DNA of 64,000 bases, from contig OZ365112.1 in the NCBI GenBank assembly GCA_977030845.1, positions 21,142,001-21,206,000 of the forward strand. Reading direction: 5' to 3'. The notes under the pieces were generated by a model. That model did not search any database and was not told the DNA's origin. It worked only from the letters and a program-made list of their open reading frames with translations. Origin of the DNA: Fimbriosthenelais zetlandica (Eukaryota). A program made the position numbers and the translations under genes. Shown piece after piece: positions 25,901-39,855 of the stretch (positions are counted from its first letter, which is position 1; the number at the start of each line of letters is the position of its first letter).

Positions 25901-28900
25901 CTCAGCTTAAATGTCGACGTCAGCAGGATTAGGTGCCTGCTCCACCTATAGGAGGAAGCCCATATAGTCCTCCTCTAGGACGGCCATGCCAACCTTACCG
26001 GCAAAGCTCGTAATCTAAGTATTCACTATCTCAATATCTTAATATCAATCCAATATATAATATGCAATGATATGAAGTATTCATATAAAATATGAATATC
26101 AATAAGGGTGAAACACAGCACGTTGAATGGAAATGAAATGCTGACTAATCACTATCGGGGTAATCACTGTAAAGAAACAAAGGTTGTGATCAGTGAAGGG
26201 TTAAATAGATATTGTGCAGGCAGATCACGAGGCATTGCCTGCTATAAGAAAGGTCCTTCAAGCTCAATCATTGGATCAAATAGTGCCGCCTATAGCAGAC
26301 ACGCAAGGGCTAATTTGACCCCTGCTGGCAGACAAGGTCAGCAGATGAAATTCACAGACAGTAGGATGTTGTAATCAAATCCTCTTTTCTTATAAGGTTC
26401 TCATAAGATCAGGTTCATTGCCATAGTTTCTCATGCAATCTTAGTGATTCCTGAATCATCATAATCCCAGATTCTCATTTCCTGAATCAAATGTAAAACA
26501 ACTATTCTGTGAATTTATTTTAGTTGCAGCAATTACAATTTACATGAACAAATAATACTAAGCTAAATAAGCCATTGGATGGCATATATAGAACGAACAA
26601 GGAAACATCTTATAATTGCCCTGAACAAGACTTGGCTATGACTAACTTTTTGAAAACCTATGATTCACCAGAAGGTCGATGAACGATATCTATAGAGTGT
26701 GAACCTAAGGAACAAAAGCCTTATGGAGGTAAGCACCTGGAGAGGTTGCCTTGATCCCTGGAGGGAGCTATATCGAGATTTATTGGAGGAGGAACTGGGG
26801 GTAGGCCAGCAGGGAGGTAATGTCGTTACACAGCGTTATAATAGAATTAGCACTGCTCCCACCTATGTGCCCACCCCAGTCTTACACAGACGGCCAATAT
26901 GAGTGTCAATTTTCTAAAGCTCTGCTGAAGAGCTCAAGACCAATTTCCACTGCTTCTAGGCAAAAGTATCACGAAATAGGTCATATCAGCTTATTATTAA
27001 GCTATTGTCCTGATTAAATTAATGGGACGACAGGACAAGTTAGCGAGGTACATATAGCTGGTTTCTGGTATACAGATCTGTACACATACACCCTGGATGA
27101 ACTGTGTATCTGTACCTGTACTGAAGACATCAGAGATGGGAATCGCCACCTGTGATTGTGTTTTTACCACATCATCCTCCCTTCCACCCAATGAATCAAG
27201 TTTCTACTCTCGTGAACAAGCCTATACATCACTCGACCACATATATATATAGTACTCTACTGTGAAGCTATATGTGTAGTGGTATGAATAATAATCAACA
27301 CAAATCAACCAGCACATGTGTTTCTTCCATTACTCTCATATGTATTTTTCATTATGGATGCTGACAAGACGGACAGTGGAGATAATGACAATGAGGGATC
27401 ACCCAAAGTGAATTGAATTCAATATTGATAATAATTGTATGCCTTTCCAGGTTCTGCTGCGTGTTCTGTTTTAAGGAAAATACTGGCTAGAATGATGCTG
27501 CATGGGTATGACTCTGCAGTTTTCCAACTGTTCCATATATGCATATTCAAAAGATAGGAGATATGCATTTCCAACTTGATGGATCTTTCATGCTCGCACG
27601 GAGTTGTTCAACACTTCTTTTAAACCAAGATTTGTTTTCAATCCCTGATGACCATGCAGCTTCTATACATAGGTAGCTACACACAAAGAATCTAAAGGCC
27701 ATAGGTCAAAGACGGAAACAAAGGTCAAGGCCAGCACATTCTTCTGGTAGCTTGGAGACGGTCGCCATTAATAAGAGGGCACCCAGTGGATCGCATAGTT
27801 GATCTATGCCCAAACTAATTAAAAGCCAAAGCATTAGAAAATGTCACCAGACCTCGGAGAGATTGGTCGCTTTACACGCACCATAGGTCAAATATCTAAT
27901 TGATATTTCAAAGTGTAGCACTCTTTTTAGTCTGAACATCCGAGTTCCCTTGGCAAAAAGAATGCTGTGGTAATCAATAGATTGGGTTAGTTGGCATTAT
28001 TTCCTTCCCACAATCGTTACCCAATCGAATATAATTGTTTTGTCATTAAAGACATCCGCTTGAAAAAGAAAAAAAGACAGAAGGAATTGTCTCCTTACAC
28101 CAATATCTCTAGCTGTATAGATCTCAGTGGGAGTTTACGCTACGTAAGCATACGATAAAGCAGATTTCCGCAATACTGAATTGGTTCTTTGACCAAATTC
28201 ATTTCAATGAAGTTGTCTGTGTGAGATGATTTATTCATTCCAATCAGTTTCCGAAGAAATCATATAATTTCACAACCAGTCACCTATACGCATGACGGAG
28301 AACAATATGCTCCTTCGGATATAAAAATATTAATTAGTTAGTATTATTTATTATTATCATGACTACCAATGTACGTAAACCTTTTGCTCTTCACAAATTC
28401 ACTGAAAATATTACATTTATTACCATAAGTTTAATGCAAGTCTTACAGGGCTGTCAAAACCTCCTCATGTTGGCCAATCCACAGAAAACACCAAACTAAT
28501 GAACCCCATGGAAAGAAGGCATTGACAAAGAATGGAAGATCAATATTACAGCATTGTGCTCTTCTCTGAATGCAGTAAGAAAGATTTGAATCACACGATG
28601 ACACACCATCCATGTCATCACCAAGGCAACCATAGATATTTCACATGTAATTGATTGCACTGGAGCAATGTTGGAAAGAGAAAAAATAGCCTTTTCATTT
28701 GTGTGTATTCTGTATGACAGTGAGGCCTATAATGATGAAAGGGCCGGGCGAGTCTTCCCTCTGCCAGGGATAAGAAGTGTACCAAGCCTAATTGCTCGAG
28801 CTTGATGAATCAATGTCCAACTGTTTAACACAGAAAGTCTTACATCAGAGTAGTTACTAATTTTAACTGTAAGCCTCTAAATATTGAGGCTCGATTACAT

Positions 28901-29198
28901 TTTCCTTTGCGATTGCAACCTAACCCTGACGGTTATGGCAATGTAAAGGTAATCAAATCGTGTTTCTATTTCATCTGCTGGAACATGGCCCAGACGTTAT
29001 AAAAAGAAGTACAAGGACAAAGATGAAGCAATCTGGTCGGAATCATCTCGTCTTGATGGAAGAGATATAACTGTTTTTGCAAAACAGCTCAAATGAAACC
29101 AATTAACAAGTTACACCTTATACAGCTATGCGCTTGGAAAGCTTTTGAAAATGAGTGAAGCATTAAAAGTGAGGTAGAAAATGTAGAAATTTACTAAC

Positions 29199-29763
29199 CC
29201 ATTTCATCAATGTGGTCTGACATGGAGAGAGTTATTCCAACGAGTAACAGACTCATAATGAGCATCAGGCTTGCCAGCACCATCACAATCCTTGCCACTC
29301 TCTTCTGACTGTCTGTCTTAATTTCCTTCGGTGGTATCTGATCAACTGTCCTGTAGGGATCATCTGGTGAGGGGACCAGGTAGGTATATCCCCTACCTCG
29401 GCGGGCATCATGTGTCGACGGTCGATGACTGTGAATAGAACTTTGTCGGGTGCTTGATCTTCGACCTGATCCTCCTGTTGCAGTACTTCCTCTCCTTCCT
29501 CCACCACTTCCTCCTTTTTGTCCTCTCTCTCCTGTCCCTGCTCCTCCTCCAATACTTGGTCTTGGTCTGTCAACACTTGAACCTTCAGGAGGTTTTCCAG
29601 GATGTACTCCTCCTGGAAGTGGAGCAACCAGTGCCAGTCCCTGTGCACCAAACCCTGAAGATGAGCGCCTCTCTGATCCCCCGATCGCACCTGTCGATGA
29701 CCCTGCTGCGACCCCAGCCACTGACAACACCTCAATCCGGTCATCGTGGGTAGAGGAGGTCAT
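29199..29763 (-). CDS. Coding exon of an uncharacterised single-pass membrane protein (disordered Gly/Ser/Arg-rich N-terminus, TM helix near the exon end); 3' exon(s) not identified
   Basis: 188-codon open frame with an in-frame stop upstream and no earlier ATG. Hydrophobic segment IVMVLASLMLIMSLLLVGITLSM is preceded by QKRVAR. The exon ends at a phase-1 donor ATG G|gttagt (29198). Confidence 0.8.
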
Positions 29764-32700
29764 TGCAAAATTCGCAATAATGGGTTGTTTCTCGAACCCT
29801 GGATGATGTGAAAACCCTCGATGTGGCCTTTTGTTGCTTCACCTTTGTATCTACCTCTTGGCAGCATCTTCAGTATAAGACAACTAGGTCCTTAGGCCTC
29901 CGTTACCGCCAGAAAATCATTGTCTTACTAGATCCTTCTTGATTAAGCAGAGATATGGGCTTCTTCTTTTAATCTCGAGCACTCGATTCCACTCTACTCA
30001 AGAAGCAAACGATAATCATACATGGGAGAGAGGTGTGAGGTTGAAAAATGTTCTGATGAAATACCTAAGTGGTTTAGAACTGCCTTACCAATATATCGTT
30101 GTTTTTATGCTGTTTTATGAAGTGAAGGTTATCTTTGGCATGATGGTCATTACATCTCAGAAGCATCAAGTTCTACACTGCGGTATCTGCTTCCCAAAGG
30201 ATGGTTACATTTCATCAAGCATCTAATGCTGTAATCTCTATCCTATTGCCATGCTATCAAGTCTCTGTGTTTGAGTGTTGATAAGGTATTTCATCAATCA
30301 TGCCAACAATACATGATCTACAATTTCATCTTTATTGATCGCCATCCATTGTGATCATTGAGACCTTTTCATGTCTGTCACAACCTTCTGATTCGTGTCA
30401 CCCTGGGTCTTATCACCAACCAAAATAGTCAAATCCCACAAGACTGCAACTTTTACAACCGACTCCCAATGGAGAGGGTATGCCTTAATTACCAAATGTC
30501 ATTCAATAAGTTACTTAGATTCCCATAAACCGGCCTGCCCGGATTAACATCTCCGGATTAACCAAGCGCACTTACACTGGAGAGACCATGTATCGGTTCA
30601 TCCATTGATCACTCCTCTAGATGCTCTGAGAAGATCGGCTGAGAGCGTTCTTGACTTTCTGTAGTAGTTGGTGGTAGGGAGCAGTGAAGAAGGAGGGTAT
30701 ATTACAGAGCAGGATGTCAATAGTCAAGCCTTAATTTATAGAGGCTACTGATAATATGTTGAACCCTCGTGAAAGTCAACAAGCCACGTCATTTCCCAGC
30801 AGAAAGTAGAGCCTTTTATTGAAGGAGGAGAGGGAGGAGGAGAGATTGACCGTTCAGTACCAATGCATTCAGATTCAAAGCAATGGAATTTCCATGGTAA
30901 TAACCCTGGGCGTGGTTGATAATCCTCTTAGCAACAGCTCGTTCCAGCTCCCGGTTATTTTCCCCGTGTATAATTTTGGAAAGGAAGCGTGATGGTGGAG
31001 ATGGTTCAAACTTGATGCCCTGCCACCGCCAGCCAGCACTGGCTTGTTCACATGAGAGAGGAGTCAATACCAAATGCAAATAAAACAGCCTTCTACAGTC
31101 CATTCCCACTGCATTTTGTATTAATTCATCTCTGACGTGTTAGAACACATTTGCTCCTACTCAATATGTGGTATCAGCTTTGGTGGATGCCTTTCTGGAA
31201 AGAAATAGGGATATAATTATTATTTTGGGATAGTGTGCTAAAAATAACTTGGGGTTGAGATTACATTGCACTGCATAGCTGAACATGAATGAACCATCGT
31301 GAATTCAAAAATGTTTAATTATACAAGTGGTAACTAGTACTAAGCATGTATAAGTATTTCAAAGAGATTTATGTAATTTCCAGTTTATAAATCACCATGA
31401 CAAACTCAAGATGAAAACATTCATTTGACAATTCCAATCATTCGCAGAATAATTAAAATCCTCCATTAATAATCTAAAATCTTGCTCTCAACCGGCTTGG
31501 GCAAGTGATGAATCAAGTCTGGGAGGGAGAGAATCACCTTAATTTGGCACCGAGCCTAGTAACAACTGATTGCTCTGTCTTGTTGACATGCTACCAGCAC
31601 CAAGACATGTGACGGATTTGTGAAAAAGTGCTATCAGTTTTTTTCTACATTATTTTGGAAAAAGTAATTCCGGTGCATAATGGAAAAAATAGTGATTTAG
31701 CGAGTTTAGGAGAACAGTTATCTTGTAGGGTTTATAAAAAGTTATTCTCTTCCTTAAATTAAAGTTTGCACATTAACAATTGGCCCCCCACCTCCTCGAT
31801 CAGTCCTCCCCTGTGTCCGCTCGGTGATTGAGCTCTCGGTTGTGTTCCAAGTTTTTGGCCTTTTGTTGGTGAGACAAATCATTCACTCGGCCATTTATTG
31901 CTTGCCTTCTGGGATATGGATAGCTTTCCGTGTGGTGGTTGGAGGTTAAATGTGAGTGGGAGAAACGGCTGACATCTGTTGTCAAACTGAGATGGAGTTA
32001 CATTTCGAGTACTAAAAGTACGTCTCCACTACACTATATGCTCACATGGAATTGCTCCACTGTTCACAGGAACGTAATTTCAGTCCAAGGTGAATTTCAC
32101 TAAAGATGAGCCTCATGGAATAAACAAGGTTCTGTGTCTGCCCTGTATAGCTGCCACTTCTAATAGCCATTGTGTTTTTCTATTATTGAAGAGATCTGAC
32201 CTTAAACTAGAGGACATCTATAAAAGAAGGTATAGAGGGCAGCCTCAAAAAGTGGGTCTGAAGGACACAAGTGCATTATAAGACAGGGCCTTGAGTTGGA
32301 GAAGATAAAGCCGTATGCTTGTCATTGAGATAAGACTGTCTAGTGGTGAGCTGGTCAGGAGCAATTCGTCTGAGATAAGACTACTGTATATAAGCATCTC
32401 TCAACAGGCACTAAGAAAGACTCGATAGCGAGAAATCAATCACTTCTCCGTTACAGCACCTGTTACGACAACACTTGAGTCTTCAAGAGTTCAAAAATGT
32501 GTGGGGGTTTTAGGTCGGTGCCAGCCAGAGACAGTTTAATGTCACTCGGGAATCTTTTAAAAAGATTATTATTGCATTATGTTATTTCTTTATTATTAAA
32601 ATCTAACACTTTCAATGGTTTATGCATGCATGAAGCTATATACAAAAAAAATGAAAATAACAGGCAAAAGTGACTATATATAAGTAGTGTCTGAGTGTGG

Positions 32701-32972
32701 CCAAGATAAAGCACCATACCAACGAACAACCCGTCTCTTACTATCAACCGCTGGCCTATCTGAATGAACGACCTAATCTAATTGCTGGTTATATAATGGA
32801 CCTGCCTTTATAGCACTGGAATCCCCATGTGGCTTCTATATTCAATTCTGACCGACACTACATCGATACCACAAACAGCGATCCTATTGATTGTAAAAGC
32901 AGCCACTGAAAAATTTACGAAAACAAACTAGGGCTATCTACTTATACATCATGCGGGTCCTCCTTTGAGGAA

Positions 32973-33009
32973 GGTGGGTTGGGTTGGGGTGGCTGGGTGG
33001 GGGTGGGGG
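32973..33009 (+). other. G-quadruplex-forming G-run cluster
   Basis: GGTGGGTTGGGTTGGGGTGGCTGGGTGGGGGTGGGGG: five runs of 3 or more G with short loops. Confidence 0.55.
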
Positions 33010-36000
33010 ACTTTGAAAGATTAGCTGACTCGGCTCTTCGATCCATATCCATTTTACAGATACCTATACCATGCTATATACACCTTGCAGGCATGTGTCA
33101 TGAATTAAAGATTAGAACGCATATATATTATAGGATAAGACAAGAGCTGAGATGATAGATTCCTATGGAGGAAATGCCCCAGGGAATAATTCCGTAATAT
33201 TACCAGAGGAGGCCACAATAGGGGCTTAATGAGACTGTACTTAAATGTCATTGTGACAGGAATATGGGCAGGATTGGGGAGGATAAAGAAATAATGATGG
33301 TGAAAGAGAAGGTGGTGTGCTGAGGTGGGGTAATATGAGGCTGTGACAGATGGCTATATGATTGCCTTACCTGTGGGTTAATTTTGCTGCTGCTTGGTCT
33401 CAGTTTTCTTGTTTTATTCAACAATATAATCAAGGTAGGAGAGCGTATATCAATACCAATTTCTATCCATCATATACACCACCTTACTTCTCTACCAATC
33501 CTACTTGTCCTCTGTATTCTGCTCTTATCTATTCCTTATACTTATAAATTCGTACAGTCGTATCTCTTAATTGACTTGAGATTCGAAAGAAGTAAGTTTC
33601 ACATACCTAAGGTATTGAATTCTGATGCTGTAATATCAACCTTTTAGTCCATGTCCGGTGGACTGAGATGGGCGGAGGTGATCCGCTCTCCTGCAGGAGT
33701 GGCGAGCAATTCCAGCAGGTAGGGAGCAGCTCAGAGAAGCCAGGCAGCAGCCACCCCTCCTCTCCCTGCCAGCCCTCCAATGTCTACCTATGTGTAGGAA
33801 GTGGTAGCGGTAGTCGTATGGGTGAGAGCTGGTCTCCCCCACTGCAGCATTCACTACAGAAGTCTGCTGGCATCCCATCAACCTGCCTCAAGGCAGCCTG
33901 CCTCATTATTCGGCTTCACATCAACGCCACCAGGCGTGAGAGTGTCGCTGCTGTAGAGGTCCACTCTGTCAATGAGGTGTGTCACAGTGGGCAGAAGTAG
34001 AAAAAATAGACAATGACAGAAAAGTAAAACTGTGAAGTACAGTTATAAACATATAATACACTCCTGCCAAACGAAACGGAAACCCTCAAGCTCAGATGTG
34101 GTTATTTCCCATTAATACTTCAATAGACATTCAGATATCAAATCGAAATTAGGCCCTTTTCAAGAGATTTTTCGAAATAGCCCTTTACACTGTCCATGTT
34201 TTTGACAGTTGCAGCGGAGCACAATTCGTTCGTCTTGAAAATGGGAATGCCCCGGGGACTAAGTAGGCCTAGCTCCAATGTGGAATCAAGTGAAATCATG
34301 TATGATTACTCGTGACTCAAGTGGAAGACACAATATGAGAATCTGAGAGCTAGTAGTTGATGTAAGATGAATTAAAGACGAAGAAGTATTTACTTATGCT
34401 TGACCGAATAGGTTGGCTGGGAATGGGTATTGGTTGAAATTGCCAGCACTTTCCTGTTTCAGTTTGTAATTTTGCTCCAAGTTATCTTTGTTTTGGGCAT
34501 TGAAAGACACAGCTTTGCACCGACTCACCCCTGGTATAAAGAGGTCATAGGTTTAAACCATTTACACCTTCCCATGGTCTTAATAACTTCTACCTGCCTG
34601 CAGTGAAGGAAAATTAAGCTTTATATCATGTATTCCATATAGAGCACTCTATCTAGTTCATTTATCCAAATAATACGTGATGCATTGGCAAGGAACCTAT
34701 GAAACAGTCTATGGTGAGTGACTTGTTAAATGTTCATAGTTCTTTTTATCCAACATTCTTTTTATCCAACAAGGTTTATCTTATATATAGAGGACCTGAT
34801 AAGATAGCATCCTAGCCACCTTTCACACCTTGGAGTTTGCCACGATAGCTGCAGGATGACTGTCCTCCACCCCACTTCCTCTTCCTCCAGGGTTTGGATC
34901 AATACCACAATTGATTAGCTTCCCCTCCTCATCCCATTCCCTCTATCCCTCTTCCCTCCAGGTAATGATGGCCATTGCATGCCTGCTCCAGCAGCATGTT
35001 TGAGGGTGAGTGGAGGCCGGACCTATTGTCTCGCCTAGCTATTAGATGGCTATGATATGGGTTATAAAGCCCGCCTAATGCCCCCAACAGGATGCCACTA
35101 AACCATTCTATGGAGCTTTATAAATAGCACGGGCTCAGAGAGCTATTGTTTTTAACCATTTTACTCTGGAATTCACCATCGCAGCATTCCCAAAACATCT
35201 ATCAGTCTATAAGCTGGTCGATGTACTAAATTGATGTCAAAAATGTTGAATACGCTCGCCTTCTAAATGCCTTCCCTACTTAATAATATAACACGCATCA
35301 GGTACAGATCATGTAAGTTGAAGGCATGTTCAAAACCAGGAGATAATACCGTCATAAAACACGTCATTACGTAATTTATTCATAAATTTCAATCCAAATC
35401 TTTTTTTGGGGTGTGAACCCCTTAAAACATGTATATTTGCATTGAAAGCTTATACATAAAATGTACCCTGATCGGATGAATCTATACGTATATTTCAAAT
35501 ATACTATACTTTTCAAGGTCACTTGGAAGGAACTGTTATCTATATGTAACGTTATTACAGCTGAGTAGAACACAAATGCATTAAAGCCAACGATGGATGT
35601 ATCGGGTATCGATGGCAGCTCAGTTTTAAAATGATGCCATCCTGTGATACTTTAGTGTTCCCCTTCATGATATCATCTCCGATAAATCACAATCATGAGA
35701 TCCGCCGACATAAACAGTATGAGAAATTGATTAGCGGAAGTCCTGGGAATGAGCGCTAGCAGGAATTTGCACCCTGAGCTTTAGCAATTATCTCTCATCA
35801 CGAGAAATCGAAGAGCTACAGGCCCGGGATAGCTTAAAATAGACAATAGACAGGTACTCACAGCGCCAGTATAGCGTTCACAGGTCTAAACACGCTAATC
35901 TTGCCTGGGGCACGTCTCACGGGGAAATAGAAGAGAAAAAGGCTTACACTGAATAAAAGTCACAAAAAAGACGACTAAACAAGTGATGAACAAAGAGAGG

Positions 36001-36325
36001 GAACTGAGAGAGGCGATGTACATGTATATGAAAACATTGCAGATTTAATAGCTATTCGGGCTATCTTGATCGGTTCTAAGATGGATTGCTTTTCCTAATT
36101 ATTACATGGGGATTACATGTTTGCAGATCTCAAATGAATGAATTACTACCATTTTAACTGGCCATGTTAAAAAATAGAATTGTCGTTACATGGACAGGAA
36201 TTGCGGGTGAGACGTCGTGAGCAATGACTGGGTGAAAGCCTGCTAAATTCAGTTTTAAATTTCTCTTCCCAAGAGACATCATTCTCTGGGCTCTTGCCAC
36301 GGAAACTGCTGATCACAAATGTCAC

Positions 36326-36413
36326 TACAGTCTGTTCACTCTAAGTTGATCTGAAACTACAGTACACATGTATATATGGTGGTTTCAGTTCAACTTAGAG
36401 TGAACAGATTGTA
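36326..36413. mobile_element. Tc1/mariner-type MITE (hairpin element) with TA flanks
   Basis: 35-bp inverted arms 36325-36359 and 36380-36414 with 3 mismatches and a 20-nt spacer; reads TA|CAGTCTGTTCAC...GTGAACAGATTG|TA. Confidence 0.6.
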
Positions 36414-38775
36414 GAAGTTCACGTCATCCAAGCGTCATCCCCTGTCCCTTATCTTCGACACATTGTCCTCGGAGATGTCTTTGGCCATACTGTCATGTAA
36501 TCAAGGTACATGTGCCATAGGAATAAGGATGCTTATTCATCAAGATGTGATTTAATGTTTGTCTGTGATGTAAATAGCAGAACTATAAAGTTCTATAGTT
36601 TTTATTCCCTCTGTACCTTTTCCAGGGTGCTGGTAATGATAAGCACATGTTTGCATTGGGGCTTTGGGGGTATCGTTTTTTACTCTCGAACTGCACTTTG
36701 AAAAAGAATGTATACATGGCGTGTCGTCATGAAATATAAATTACTACTCTGCAGCATGGTTATTAGCAGGACCGGGGTTCTTGGAATAAAGGAGAAGTGT
36801 ACATGTTTTAGATTCCAAAACATCAAAACGTCCATGTGAATACTGTTTGTCTCTCGTCACCTCACCACTCGTTATTTTCTATATATACATCTAGCCTTCC
36901 ACCAAAACATACTTGTAAATACCCCCCACCACAATTATAAGGAATACATCACTACAGTGCACGAATACACAAACAACATATTCAAATACACATAGCAACA
37001 AAGGTTAATTCGTTTTCCTGTTCATGTTAACGAAATCACCTAATTTTTATTTCTAGGCATTTTCCAGCCACAGCATATCTCAGCAAGTGAGGTCTTTAGG
37101 ATGTATCAGTTCAGCTGCCTTTACTTCTATCTTGAAACGTTCCAAACAGTTACACACAGAGATAGTTATAGAGCTGCCGTTGCACACCTGTTGCTCGCGT
37201 GTAGCAATTTTTTCAGTAGTTCAAAGAAATATCTAGGCAAGGTGGGTATTATAATGTGAGCAACTATCGAAGAGCAAAGTATCTATACGTACCCGTGAGC
37301 TATTATAGGCCTTTACTGCCTCCTGATCTAGTCGACAGGTCTTACTTGGTCTTTGAATATGTCAAAGAAGTACGGATACATGGATAGATCAACATGATAT
37401 CTTATATAATAATATATACTATATTCCATGTTCAGGACAATTTTTTCATTGTTTTCATTGTGGTTACACCGGAAATGAGGTCAGAGACAGGATAACGCTG
37501 ATGAATGTTGACCTGATGACCTTTGCCCTCATACAACATGCTAAGGGCAGTTGGCCTGGCGCCCTTTGGAATAGCCATCAATGGCTGACCAGTGTACAAT
37601 GCCGGAATGATTAAAGAGTCTGTTGTAATCAGGGGAAGCCTAGGAAGATTTATGCAATACCTTACTCTAAGGCGCACAGATCTTGACCCTGATGAACCCT
37701 GCTCTTTTCTGTGGTTAAATGAAGGAGCAATTGAGGTTTGCGTGAGCTAGCTATTGGAAATGAGGGTCTCAGGGTGGAGAAGGAAAAAGCAAATTAAGGG
37801 GCAAGTTAAGAGCAGTGAGGGAATCTGGTGCGCAAGGCTAAAGGTTATCATTGGTTTGATTTAGCCAATGATACTGCTTTCATTCCTTAGGTATGAATGT
37901 TCGATTTTCTAATACAGGACAAGGACAAGGGCCGGAGTTTCCTTAAGCCCGTTAGCGTGATCCATCAATTAAATTCGCCCTTGTCCTCTCCATTTGGAAC
38001 CGATAAGGACCATCTTCACATCCCTGATTTTGAGCCCGATTGTGGTCAGATTGAGATTGGACCTGGATTAGGCCCATGGAAAAATGTGCTTATCGATCAT
38101 GTGGTGATAGATGTAATCGGGTCAGACTTTTAGAGGATATTAATAATCAGACCAAAATCTGGAGGGGGACCCAATTTTTTTCGACACAGATAGTTATCAG
38201 GCAACTCCATTTTTGTGCTCACATGGGGCAGATAAAAAATCAGGACTGTGGAGATGGTTCTGTTAAGATGGGATGAATCTTGTTAACAGACACCAAATTG
38301 GACTTACAGTATTATGACAAATCAGACTATAGACTATAGAGTCCTTCACATGGCAATATGTCACCTACACCTTGAGGAAACCAAGGTAACGAATTTTTGC
38401 ATCGAAACGCCATCTGGTGTGAATCAAGGAAAGCATTTGTGCAGATATATTTTTCCTGAAAGATTGTCCCCCTCAAATGATCAATAATTAAGTACTTCTC
38501 ACATTAATCAGTGAAAGTTAAACTAATGTGACACAAATCACCTCTATTTTCTTTCTTTCTTTTTTCCCAAAATACAATCCTTCCAAAGCTTTTTGCCGTT
38601 TTGGTTTTTGGGAGTCCAGTTTACACTGGACTCCTTATTCTATTGGGTGGGGGATTCCACATGCACAACATCTTAAACATCTAAATATCTTAAACGCTTT
38701 AAACGTTAACTAGAGCTCTGAACATGTGCATGTATAAATTAGGCGACCTAGGTCAGAGATTGGCCTTTATTGGCC

Positions 38776-39855
38776 TTATTTTATTCATTTTAAACCATTT
38801 TTAGTCATTTTAAACCATGTTTAGTCATTTTTAATCATTTTCATTCATTTTTAATTCATTTGTAGTCATATTTAATCATTTTCATTCATATTTATTCATT
38901 TTCTTTCATTTCAAATCATTTTTATTGATTTTGAACCATTTTTATTCATTTTTAATCATTTTTTTAGTCATATTTATTCATTTTTATTCATTTTGAACCA
39001 TTTTTATCCATTTTTTATTCATTTTTAGCTATTTTTAATCATTTTTAATAACTATGAACCATTTATATTCATTTTTAATGAATACAAATGATTAAAAATG
39101 ATTTAGAATAGTTAAAAATGAATAAAAATAGTTAAAAATGGTTCAAAGTGAATAAAAATGATTTAAAATAGTTAAAAATGAATAAAAATGATTTAAAATG
39201 AATAAAAATGAATAAAAATAGTTCAAAATGGTTCAAAATGATTAAAAATGAATAATAAATGGATGAAAATGAATAAATATGGCTAAAAATGGATATAAAT
39301 GGTTAAAAATGGTTAAAAATGAATAAATAGAACTGAAAATGATTAAAAATGAATAAAAATGGTTCAAAATGAATGAAAATGAATAATAAATGGATGAAAA
39401 TGAATAAATATGGCTAAAAATGGATATACATGGTTAAAAATGGTTAAAAATTATTAAAAATTAATGAAAATGAATAAATATGACTAAAAATGATTAAAAA
39501 TGAATAAAAATGGTTCAAAATAAATGAAAATGAATAATAAATGGATGAAAATGAATAAATATGGCTAAAAATGGATATAAATGGTTAAAAATAGTAAAAA
39601 TTATTAAAAATTAATGAAAATGAATAAATATGACTAAAAATGATTAAAAATGAATAATTTTAAATGGTTCAAAATGAATGAAAATGAATAAAAATGGATG
39701 AAAATGAATAAATACGGCTAAAAATGTTTCAAAATGTTTCAAAATGATTAAAAATGATTAAAAATAGTTAAAAATGATTAAAAAATAGTTAACATGATTA
39801 GAAATAGTTAAAAATGATTTAAAATTAATAAATATGACTAAAAATGATTAAAAAC
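38776..39855. repeat. AT-rich 10-bp-unit satellite (AAAATGA[A/T]TA and variants) with an internal orientation switch near 39075
   Basis: T-rich units (TATTCATTTT) run to about 39075, then A-rich units (AAAATGAATA). A higher-order block (AATGGATGAAAATGAATAAATATGGCTAAAAATG) recurs about every 130-150 bp in the right arm. Confidence 0.9.

Noticed and set aside
29283-29806. Overlapping alternative-frame and antisense ORFs over the membrane-protein exon
   Set aside because: They shadow a GC-rich low-complexity exon; only the 29763 frame has a TM helix and a matching donor.
33636-34000. GC-rich segment with ORFs on both strands
   Set aside because: The minus-strand frames contain stops and neither strand gives a recognisable domain; left unassigned.
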